Source: Candidatus Fimenecus sp. (lineage in GTDB: Bacteria; Bacillota; Clostridia; Oscillospirales; Acutalibacteraceae). Taken from it: a stretch of DNA of 64,000 bases. Made by a program: the position numbers and the translations under genes. The notes beneath the pieces are model-generated. The model saw only the letters and a program-made list of their open reading frames with translations, ran no database searches and was not told where the DNA came from. Numbering within the stretch: the first letter of the stretch is position 1; each line of letters opens with the position of its first letter. Shown piece by piece: positions 26,237 through 34,439 of this stretch. Location of the stretch: the NCBI GenBank assembly GCA_051881455.1, contig JBJEPX010000004.1, positions 6,591 to 70,590 of the forward strand, in the 5' to 3' direction.

Positions 26237-26373
26237 ATTACTCACCTGTGTTACAGTATAACAAAAAAAATTGTTCCGCGCCATATTTTGATAAAAAATT
26301 TTATAAATTTCTCGCTTTTATTATATAAATTTGTTATAATAGGTATTATATTTTTTACTATGAGGGGAAAACT

Positions 26374-27708
26374 ATGGAATTAACATTAATACTAACTATT
26401 GTTTCCGTTGTTATTTCCGCTGTTTCGCTTGCCGTGGCAGTTCTTGTTCTGAAATCGGTTAAGGACGGCAAAAATGACGGCGCCGTTACGGGAATGGAAC
26501 AAAAGCTTGACTACATATCGAAAAATATCGGTGATGAATTTCAGCGTGTACGCACGGACAGCCGTGAGGGTAACCGTGAAATCCGCGAAGAAATGAAAAA
26601 AAGTCTTGAAGATATGTCACAGCGGATTGACAATATGAACAAGGGTAACTTTGAGCACCGCGAAAAGGTAAGCGAAATGCTCATAAATATGCGTGACAAA
26701 AACGCGGAGCAAAGCGAGCGGCAAAACAAGGTTTTGGAAAACTCAATTTCAAAAATGCAGGAGTCAAACGAGAAAAAGCTTGAACAAATGCGTATGACCG
26801 TTGACGAAAAGCTTAACGAAACTTTAACAAAGCGTCTTGACGGTTCTTTCAAAACAGTTGCGGACCAGCTTGAAAACCTGAATAAATCCTTGGGCGAAAT
26901 GCAAACGCTTTCAACAGGCGTTACGGAAAATGTTACCGCCCTCAACCGCGTGCTTACAAATGTTAAGGCAAGAGGTACTTGGGCGGAGGTTCAGCTTGAA
27001 GGAATCCTTGACCAGACTATTCCAAATATGTATGAAAAGAATGTGGCAACCGTGCCCGGTTCAATAGAGAGGGTTGAATTTGCAATAAGAATACCCTCAT
27101 CTGAAAAGGACGGCAAAGATATTTTACTGCCCGTTGACTCCAAATTTCCCATGGAGGATTACATACGACTTTGCGACGCCGCCGACCGTGCCGACGCAGA
27201 CGCGCTGAAATCCGCACGCAACGACCTTGAAAAAAAGGTGCTCAGCGAAGCAAAGATGATTTCAAAATACATTCACGTGCCCGACACAACGCCCTTTGCC
27301 ATTATGTATCTTGCAACGGAGGGCTTGTATGCGGAAATAGCCTCATCAAAAAGCGGCTTGCCCGAAAAAATACAAAGCGATTACAACATCATGATTGCAG
27401 GACCTTCAACTGTTACCGCGCTTCTTAACTCGCTTTCAATGGGCTTTAAAACCATTGCCATTAACGAAAAAGCCAACGAGGTTCGTGAAATTTTGGGTGC
27501 GGCAAAGGCACAGTATGAAAAATTCGGGACACTTCTCGCCAAAGCCCGTAAAAAGGTTGATGAAGCCGGCAAAACTCTTGACGAGGCAGAGCGTAAAAAC
27601 TTATTTATCCAGCGTAAGCTTAAAAATATTGAAGCCATTGATGCTTCTCAGGCAGACAGCCTTTTATATGAGGGAAATTTTGACAATTTCTCCGAAGATA
27701 GTGAATAA
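26374..27708 (+). CDS. rmuC: DNA recombination protein RmuC
   Basis: N-terminal TM, a long coiled-coil region, and a C-terminal region ARGTWAEVQLEGILD...LPVDSKFP...MYLATEGLYAE typical of RmuC. Confidence 0.85.
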   Translation: MELTLILTIVSVVISAVSLAVAVLVLKSVKDGKNDGAVTGMEQKLDYISKNIGDEFQRVRTDSREGNREIREEMKKSLEDMSQRIDNMNKGNFEHREKVSEMLINMRDKNAEQSERQNKVLENSISKMQESNEKKLEQMRMTVDEKLNETLTKRLDGSFKTVADQLENLNKSLGEMQTLSTGVTENVTALNRVLTNVKARGTWAEVQLEGILDQTIPNMYEKNVATVPGSIERVEFAIRIPSSEKDGKDILLPVDSKFPMEDYIRLCDAADRADADALKSARNDLEKKVLSEAKMISKYIHVPDTTPFAIMYLATEGLYAEIASSKSGLPEKIQSDYNIMIAGPSTVTALLNSLSMGFKTIAINEKANEVREILGAAKAQYEKFGTLLAKARKKVDEAGKTLDEAERKNLFIQRKLKNIEAIDASQADSLLYEGNFDNFSEDSE

Positions 27709-27791
27709 CATTTCACAAAACTCTTGAAAGATTTGTAATTTTGCTTTATCATATAAACAATTACGAATATACATTATGAGGAGGAAAACAA

Positions 27792-30233
27792 ATGGCACTT
27801 AAACACGCTGACCTTATCGCACAGATGACGCTTGAAGAAAAAGCAAGTATGTGCGACGGTCTTGATTATTGGCACAGTCAGCCTATTGAGCGTTTGGGCA
27901 TTAAATCAGTAAGTCTTAACGACGGCCCTCACGGAATACGCAAAAAGGGTGACCCGGATGCCGCAAAAAAAGGTGAAACAAGCCTTTTAAAGGGCGTTCC
28001 CGCAATCTGCTTCCCCACCGCATCGGCGACCGCATGCTCATGGGACCCCGACCTTATTGAAAAGATGGGCGAGGCTCTCGGCGACGAATGCTTAAAAGAG
28101 CAGGTTTCCGTTCTTTTGGGACCGGGTACAAACATCAAGCGTTCTCCCCTTTGCGGCAGAAACTTTGAATATTTTTCAGAGGACCCCCTGCTTGCAGGCG
28201 AAATGGCGGCTTCCTTTATAAACGGCGTTCAGAGCAAAGGCATAGGAACTTCTCTTAAACACTATGCGGCAAACAATCAGGAAACACGCAGAATGACTGT
28301 TAACTCAGTTGTTGACGAAAGAGCGCTTCGCGAGATTTATCTTGCCCCCTTTGAAACAGCAGTTAAAAAGGCACAGCCCTGGACTGTTATGTGCTCATAT
28401 AACAGACTTAACGGTACATATGCCGCTGAAAACAAATGGCTTCTTACAGATGTTCTTCGCGGCGACTTCGGATACAAGGGACTTGTGGTAACTGACTGGG
28501 GCGCAGAAAATCAGCGCGTTCCCGGACTTCTTGCAGGTCAGGAGCTTGAAATGCCCACATCCAGCGGTGAGGGCGCAAGACTTATCGCAGAGGCTGTTAA
28601 GAACGGTACAGTTGATGAATCCGTGCTTGATGAAGCTGTTGACAAACTCATTGATATGGTTAAAAAGGCTGAAAAAGTGCTTGGTGATTATACATATGAC
28701 GCTGACGCACATCATCAGCTTGCAAGAGAGATTGCATCACAGTGTATGGTGCTTATGAAGAACGACGGCGGTCTGCTTCCTCTTAAAAAGGACGCAAAAA
28801 TCGCTGTTATCGGCGAAATGGCAATGAAGCCCCGCTATCAGGGCGCAGGCTCATCGCTTATCAACCCCATTAAACTCGATTCAGCCTATGATACAATGAC
28901 ACAGATGGGCATTAAGTTTGACTATGCTCAGGGCTACGCTACCTCCAAAAAAAGCAGAAAGAGCGATGATGAATACATTGCCGACGCAGTTGCAAAGGCG
29001 AAGAATACAGATGCTGCAGTTTTGTTCATCGGTCTTACGGACGAATTCGAAACAGAAGGCAACGACCGCAAGCATCTGGGTATTCCTCCTCTTCACAACC
29101 GCCTTGTCAATGAGGTTCTTAAAGTTAACAAGAATGTTGTTGTTGTTCTTTCAGGCGGTGCTTCCATTGAAATGCCTTGGGCTGACGAAGTTCCCGCAAT
29201 TCTCAATGCGTTCCTTACAGGTCAGGCATCGGGCAGTGCAGTATGCGATATTCTTTTCGGCGATGTTAACCCCAGCGGTAAGCTCTCCGAAACATATCCC
29301 GTAATGCTTTCCGATAATTCAAGTGTCAACTACTTCCCCGGCACTCCCGTATCGGTTGAATACAGAGAGAGCGTTTATGTGGGATACAGATATTACGACA
29401 CGGCAGGAAAAGCTGTCCGTTTCCCATTCGGTCACGGACTTTCATACACAACCTTTGAATACAGCGACTTGAAATTAAGCGCTGACAAAATTCAGGATAC
29501 AGATACTCTCAAAGTAACCTTTAAAATTAAGAATACGGGCGACCGTGACGGTGCAGAGGTTACACAGCTTTATGTAAGCGATGTTGAAAGCACGATTTTC
29601 AGACCCGTTAAGGAGCTCAAAGGCTTTAAAAAGGTGTTCTTGAAGGCCGGCGAGGAAAAGACCGTTGAAATTGAGCTTTCAAAGCGTGCCTTTGCTTACT
29701 ACAATGTAAAGCTTCAGGATTGGCATGTTGAAAGCGGCGAATTCAAAATCCTTGTGGGAGCATCAAGCCGTGATATTAAGCTTGAAGCATCCGTTCAGGT
29801 TGAATCCACCGTTGAAGCCGAAATCCCCGATTACAGGGAGAGCGCTCCCTCATACTACGGCGCTGACATTATGCATGTGGGCGACGGCGAGTTTACGGCT
29901 GTTCTCGGTCATGAAATTCCGCCTTCACAGAGAGATAAGTCACAGCCCCTTACAGTACTCAACACCCTTGAAGACGCCGCTGACGGCAAATGGGGCGGCA
30001 GACTTAACAGAATGCTCAAAAAGTTCCTCGGCACGGAAACAATGGCAGGTGCCGTTGCTTTGCAGACTCCCATTAAGAACTTTATTTCAATGAGTTTCGG
30101 CCTTTTCAGCCCGAAAATGGCGGAGGGACTTCTCATTATTCTCAATGAGGACAAAATGTGCAAGGGCTTGGGCATAATATTTAAAGGCGTTCCCAATCTT
30201 ATCAAGAACATCGGCAAGCTTAAATCAATTTAA
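27792..30233 (+). CDS. GH3 beta-glucosidase-family enzyme with an Fn3-like domain and a C-terminal extension
   Basis: Motifs NDGPHGIRK, KHYAANNQE, the nucleophile region VVTDWGA and the Fn3-like EVTQLYVSD...KELKGFKKV are present. There is no signal peptide. Confidence 0.9.
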   Translation: MALKHADLIAQMTLEEKASMCDGLDYWHSQPIERLGIKSVSLNDGPHGIRKKGDPDAAKKGETSLLKGVPAICFPTASATACSWDPDLIEKMGEALGDECLKEQVSVLLGPGTNIKRSPLCGRNFEYFSEDPLLAGEMAASFINGVQSKGIGTSLKHYAANNQETRRMTVNSVVDERALREIYLAPFETAVKKAQPWTVMCSYNRLNGTYAAENKWLLTDVLRGDFGYKGLVVTDWGAENQRVPGLLAGQELEMPTSSGEGARLIAEAVKNGTVDESVLDEAVDKLIDMVKKAEKVLGDYTYDADAHHQLAREIASQCMVLMKNDGGLLPLKKDAKIAVIGEMAMKPRYQGAGSSLINPIKLDSAYDTMTQMGIKFDYAQGYATSKKSRKSDDEYIADAVAKAKNTDAAVLFIGLTDEFETEGNDRKHLGIPPLHNRLVNEVLKVNKNVVVVLSGGASIEMPWADEVPAILNAFLTGQASGSAVCDILFGDVNPSGKLSETYPVMLSDNSSVNYFPGTPVSVEYRESVYVGYRYYDTAGKAVRFPFGHGLSYTTFEYSDLKLSADKIQDTDTLKVTFKIKNTGDRDGAEVTQLYVSDVESTIFRPVKELKGFKKVFLKAGEEKTVEIELSKRAFAYYNVKLQDWHVESGEFKILVGASSRDIKLEASVQVESTVEAEIPDYRESAPSYYGADIMHVGDGEFTAVLGHEIPPSQRDKSQPLTVLNTLEDAADGKWGGRLNRMLKKFLGTETMAGAVALQTPIKNFISMSFGLFSPKMAEGLLIILNEDKMCKGLGIIFKGVPNLIKNIGKLKSI

Positions 30234-30260
30234 CGGCAGATGTTTTAAAAGCATAATTTT

Positions 30261-30293
30261 ATCCCCCTCGCAAATTGCGAGGGGGATATTTTT
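30261..30293 (+). terminator. GH3 gene terminator
   Basis: ATCCCCCTCGCA-aat-TGCGAGGGGGAT followed by ATTTTT. Confidence 0.8.
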
Positions 30294-30319
30294 CTGGCAT
30301 AGCCGCCGTAGATGTCTTG

Positions 30320-30527
30320 TCTCCCCTGAAAGGGGAGATGTCACGAAGTGACAGAGGGGTTATTTTACGGGCGATTCGTGAATCACCCATACTTTTCCTC
30401 CCTCTGACGAGGGAGGTGGATTTTGCGTAGCAAAAGACGGAGGGAGAGATAATATTTGCAAAAAACAAATAGTTTGTCTCTCCCCCAGTCGTGGCGGTGC
30501 CACGCCGGCCCCCTCGTCAGAGGGGGC
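30320..30527. repeat. Intergenic GC-rich hairpin-module cluster C
   Basis: Hairpins lie at 30320-30338 (TCTCCCCT-gaa-AGGGGAGA), 30339-30353 (TGTCAC-gaa-GTGACA), 30397-30416 (CCTCCCTC-tgac-GAGGGAGG), 30491-30503 (GTGGC-ggt-GCCAC) and 30508-30527 (GCCCCCTC-gtca-GAGGGGGC). A degenerate palindrome lies at 30366-30391. Confidence 0.6.
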
Positions 30528-30563
30528 AATAACAGTTTTTCACAATTGGTTTCTATGTGACTA

Positions 30564-33011
30564 TTACTGCAAAACGCCCACATGTGCCTGCGGCAGGTAA
30601 TACGCCATCATTATACCGTTCTCATAAATTACATAGACAAATCTTCCGTTGTCTTGGTAATAAGAGTAGAAAGGCACGCAGCTATTGAGCACCTGCTGTG
30701 ATTTTGCCAAATCAAGCTTTTTGAGAGGATGCTCCGCCTCGTTATACACCTTCAAAAGCATATCGTATGACGAGCAATCGTCATTTATAAACATACCTGT
30801 TTGGGAAAGAGAACCCAAAGCAATACTTCCGTCACAACTGAAGATTTTTGTTCTAACAACATACATACGGTTTTCCCAATCGCCGTATCCGCGATAATTG
30901 TTTTGGTTCTTCTCCGCAAAGCTATACACGGCCCCAGAAGTTGAAATGGGACTGTCGGTATAAAGGATTTCCTTGATTTCGCCATCGAAAGCCGGCTCCG
31001 GCTCATATCCGTTTTCGTTAAGATATTTGAGAGTTTCGGTCATCTGCGGATAAACGGGAATATCTATCTGCACCGTTGAACCGTATATATCCGGCTCTTG
31101 CTCTACCGAACCATCATAATAATAGTAGTCGTCATTCCGGATTTTATCGGAAGTTAACATAGGATAACCGTTTACATATCTTGTAAGCACTCCCAAGGGG
31201 CGGCTACCGTTTTTAAAGAGCTCTTCATATGTCATTTTTGACAAATCGTTATAAAGGCACTTATAAAACTCTTTATCCGCCGCTATTTCCTCACCGGGGA
31301 ACTCGCCGGCCTGTGCTGCCAGCAAAACAGAGCTGTCAACATAATGCCATCCTGATGTTGTAAGCTTTCCTTCATAACCTCTGTACATCGGTCCCTCGGC
31401 GTAATCGTACATACCGTTTTCCGTCGTGTCAACAGCAACAGGCTCTTTGAGGAGCATTGTTTCCAGAACCTTGTCAAAATATGATGAGTTGTAAATCGTT
31501 TTTTGATATTCGGCAAAAACTTCATCGGTATAAATCGGGAACATTCTTACCTTCTTGCTTCCGTCCTTATACTCAAAAATAATGTGGACAACGTCTATGA
31601 TATCCGATTTTCCGCTGTCTTTTTTAAGCTTCTCAAAAATTTCTATTGCCGTATCAATATCCTTTTTGTCACTGCCTTCAACCAAGCTTTCATAATCATA
31701 GTTAGAGGCATTATACCAAAGCGCAGGATGACCTGTAACATCTATTGAAACGTTCTTAATTTCTTCCGCTTTCGGTGCTTTATTATAAAGGCCGAAAACC
31801 TGAGTGTTTACTGCCGTTAAGGTTATAATTGTCAAAACAGCAAGAACAGCATAAGTGGTCAGTGATTTTAATGTCTGTTTGAAATTGCGGGTGAGTATAA
31901 GCTGGATAATAAAATGAACTACCAGCGTTGCACCTATAAGTATGGCAATTTCCTGTACAAAGCCAAATTCATCACAAATGATGGAATATACGCCGTATGT
32001 TGTAACAAGGAATACAAAAATTGCAAATACAACTCTTGAAAATGCGAATTTACCAAAGGACTTTGCATTTTCCGCTTTACGCTTTTTCATTAAGTATGCG
32101 CCCAAAGCGATAAGCAATACGGAAATTCCCAGCCAAATGAGTACGGGAAGAATAAAGCCCATATCCACTTTAAGATTTTCGGGTATTTTGAAATCCTTAC
32201 CTGTGCTTTCAAGCAAAGATGCCAAATCCCTTGGGCTCGATACATCGTCATAAAAGTAATAGTCGGTTCTCTGCAATTTGTCGCCGCCCAGGTTAGCGCC
32301 GAAAGTCCAGGGAGAAAAGAGTTTTTGCCACTGATTGTTTTTGATACCGTTTGCATGGGGAACATATCCTTTGAGGAACAATTCGCAGAAAACATTCACG
32401 ATATCGACTATGAGTACGCCTATTGCCGAAAAAGCAATGCTTCCTGCGCCCGCTTCAAAAACATTTCCCGAAACAGTTGACATCATAGTACCTATTGCCA
32501 AGCCTGAAAGGCCGCTGACAAAAAGCAGGGATACAAGGTAAAGATAAACCTGTGTTAAATGTGTGGAAATTCCGAAATAACCTATGTTGATAAAATATGT
32601 TATTGAAAGAGGAATTAAAACAGCAAGGAAGAGCATGAGCGAGCCTGCCGCAATTCTGTTGAAATAGAGGGACATTCTTGAAATGCCCATGCTGAAAAAC
32701 ACATTTGTCTGATTTTTGCGCATCATAAATGAGAACATACGGATAGCTGTTATCATTCCGCACAGTACCATTCCGATAGGCAAAAATGTGAAATCTAAAA
32801 CATAGCTTGCTTCTCGGGTTAAGAAAAGCGAAATCTCATTATGCACCTTGCTCATGACAAACTGTTCGGAGGTAACATATTTGATGACAGGATATGTTAA
32901 GATAAAGAAAAGTACAATCAGCGCAATCGCAGGATAAATCCAGCCAGTCCCTAAGCTTCTTAAAAAGTCCTTTGTGCGGACATTATTTTTCAAAGATTTT
33001 TGTGATGTCAT
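30564..33011 (-). CDS. ABC-2-type permease-like membrane protein with a ~400-aa C-terminal extracytoplasmic domain
   Basis: About 9 TM segments fill the first ~410 aa, followed by a long soluble Tyr/Asp/Glu-rich domain. The start is set at ATG 33011 (SD GGAGGAG, 7-nt spacer). It overlaps the ATPase gene by 29 nt. Confidence 0.6.
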   Translation of the reverse strand: MTSQKSLKNNVRTKDFLRSLGTGWIYPAIALIVLFFILTYPVIKYVTSEQFVMSKVHNEISLFLTREASYVLDFTFLPIGMVLCGMITAIRMFSFMMRKNQTNVFFSMGISRMSLYFNRIAAGSLMLFLAVLIPLSITYFINIGYFGISTHLTQVYLYLVSLLFVSGLSGLAIGTMMSTVSGNVFEAGAGSIAFSAIGVLIVDIVNVFCELFLKGYVPHANGIKNNQWQKLFSPWTFGANLGGDKLQRTDYYFYDDVSSPRDLASLLESTGKDFKIPENLKVDMGFILPVLIWLGISVLLIALGAYLMKKRKAENAKSFGKFAFSRVVFAIFVFLVTTYGVYSIICDEFGFVQEIAILIGATLVVHFIIQLILTRNFKQTLKSLTTYAVLAVLTIITLTAVNTQVFGLYNKAPKAEEIKNVSIDVTGHPALWYNASNYDYESLVEGSDKKDIDTAIEIFEKLKKDSGKSDIIDVVHIIFEYKDGSKKVRMFPIYTDEVFAEYQKTIYNSSYFDKVLETMLLKEPVAVDTTENGMYDYAEGPMYRGYEGKLTTSGWHYVDSSVLLAAQAGEFPGEEIAADKEFYKCLYNDLSKMTYEELFKNGSRPLGVLTRYVNGYPMLTSDKIRNDDYYYYDGSVEQEPDIYGSTVQIDIPVYPQMTETLKYLNENGYEPEPAFDGEIKEILYTDSPISTSGAVYSFAEKNQNNYRGYGDWENRMYVVRTKIFSCDGSIALGSLSQTGMFINDDCSSYDMLLKVYNEAEHPLKKLDLAKSQQVLNSCVPFYSYYQDNGRFVYVIYENGIMMAYYLPQAHVGVLQ

Positions 33012-33885
33012 ACTTTTTCTCCTCCATTTCATTTAAGAATACCTCTTCCATTGTAAGCTTATATTCATCAATAGCCATGGGAAGAAGTGCGTTGAGCTTT
33101 TCCTTTTGCTCCCGGGATTTCTTATCAAATATAACCGTTGCGATTTTGCCGTCGATTTCAAGGGATTTATACTGAATATCTTTAAAATCCTCCTCGGTAA
33201 TATCACGGTTAAATATAAGCCTGAATTTGCTGTAATTGCTTGAAATATCATAAACGGAGCAGTCCATTGTAAGGTGTTTGCCGTTTATGAGCCCCACATT
33301 GTCGCACAAATCGGAAAGCTCGGGCAGGTTGTGGGAAGAAATTATCAGGGAACATTCACTTTCCGCCACATACTCAACAAAAAGCTTTTTTGTGGTTTCC
33401 TTTTTCTGGGGATCAAGTCCGTCAAAGGTCTCGTCAAGAAGCATAAAACGGGGACGGGAAGCAAGGGCCAAAATTATCTCGGCTTGCCTTTGCATACCCT
33501 TTGAAAAGCCTCTTATTTTCTTTTTGGGGTCAAGCCCAAAAACTTCAATCAGATTATCAAGAGTTTTAAAGCTGAAATTGGGATAATAGTCCGCATAAAA
33601 TTTCGCCATACTCTTAATTGACGAATTCATGGGGAAATACAAATCGTCGGGAATGTAAAACATACTTTTTCTTATAACGGGATTATCAAAGGTATTTTGA
33701 TTATCCATTGTAACACAGCCGCCCTCGGGCTTATAAATGCCCGCCGCTGTTTTCAAAAGCGTTGTTTTACCGGCACCGTTGTATCCGATAAGCCCGTAGA
33801 TTGATGAAGGCTCCACCTTAAAGGAAATGTCCTCTACGGCGGTGAAACTGCCGAATTTTTTTGTAACATTTTTAAACTCAATCAT
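32983..33885 (-). CDS. ABC transporter ATP-binding protein
   Basis: Walker A GYNGAGKTT, signature-like FSKGMQRQ and Walker B FMLLDETFDGLD are present. The start MIEFKNV (ATG 33885) overlaps the GntR stop as ATGATTGA. Confidence 0.9.
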   Translation of the reverse strand: MIEFKNVTKKFGSFTAVEDISFKVEPSSIYGLIGYNGAGKTTLLKTAAGIYKPEGGCVTMDNQNTFDNPVIRKSMFYIPDDLYFPMNSSIKSMAKFYADYYPNFSFKTLDNLIEVFGLDPKKKIRGFSKGMQRQAEIILALASRPRFMLLDETFDGLDPQKKETTKKLFVEYVAESECSLIISSHNLPELSDLCDNVGLINGKHLTMDCSVYDISSNYSKFRLIFNRDITEEDFKDIQYKSLEIDGKIATVIFDKKSREQKEKLNALLPMAIDEYKLTMEEVFLNEMEEKKYDITKIFEK

Positions 33886-34264
33886 TGCTTTCATCTCCTT
33901 TGAAAAGTTCATTGATGATTGTCAAGAGCTGTTCCCGGTCGGCTCCCATAGTCTTTGCGTTAATCGCCGCCGTTTTAACATCATTTAACGCCTGTTGAAG
34001 ATACATACTGTTTTTCTGCGCTTCCGCATTTATGAAAATGCCCTTACCCGCAACCGAATAAGTTATGCCCTGCGCCTCCAACTCCGAAAACGCCCGTTTT
34101 ACGGTGTTGATATTAAGACCGAGCTGTGCAGACATCTGCCTGAGTGACGGAAGCTGTTCATCAGCTTTTAAAACTCCCCTGCTTATATCAAGAACAATCT
34201 GTTCTTTTATCTGCTCATAAATTGGTGTTCGGCTATGGTAATCAATAAATATATTCAACGGCAT
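33878..34264 (-). CDS. GntR-family regulator, YtrA subfamily
   Basis: About 126 aa with a winged HTH (PIYEQIKEQI...LPSLRQMSAQLGLNINTVKRAFSELEAQGI). The start is ATG 34264 or, with better SD spacing, TTG 34258. Confidence 0.85.
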   Translation of the reverse strand: MPLNIFIDYHSRTPIYEQIKEQIVLDISRGVLKADEQLPSLRQMSAQLGLNINTVKRAFSELEAQGITYSVAGKGIFINAEAQKNSMYLQQALNDVKTAAINAKTMGADREQLLTIINELFKGDESND

Positions 34265-34287
34265 CACCTCCTGCTTACTGTGCTATT

Positions 34288-34342
34288 TGTAATATCACAG
34301 TTGTTACACCTTGATATTACATCAGCATTTTCGTTTTGTCAA
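34288..34342 (-). promoter_or_regulatory. Promoter of the gntR-ABC operon with an overlapping inverted-repeat operator
   Basis: The minus strand reads TTGACA(34342-34337)-17 nt-TAATAT(34319-34314). The perfect 10-bp inverted repeat TGTAATATCA-n14-TGATATTACA (34288-34321) covers the -10 box and the early transcribed region. Confidence 0.55.
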
Positions 34343-34439
34343 CACAATTTTCTTCTTTTTAACATATTTTAAACAAATCTTAAAAAAACAAAACCCCGCG
34401 AGGACTTAATATCCCGCGGAGTTCTTTGTATCTTTAAAA

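Noticed and set aside
30300-30560. Hairpin clusters (also 5427-5540 and 24028-24163) as CRISPR arrays or structured RNA genes
   Set aside because: There is no constant repeat unit with regular spacers and no cas genes. The hairpins differ from each other. I also see no tRNA-like T-arm, SRP, 6S or RNase P signatures.
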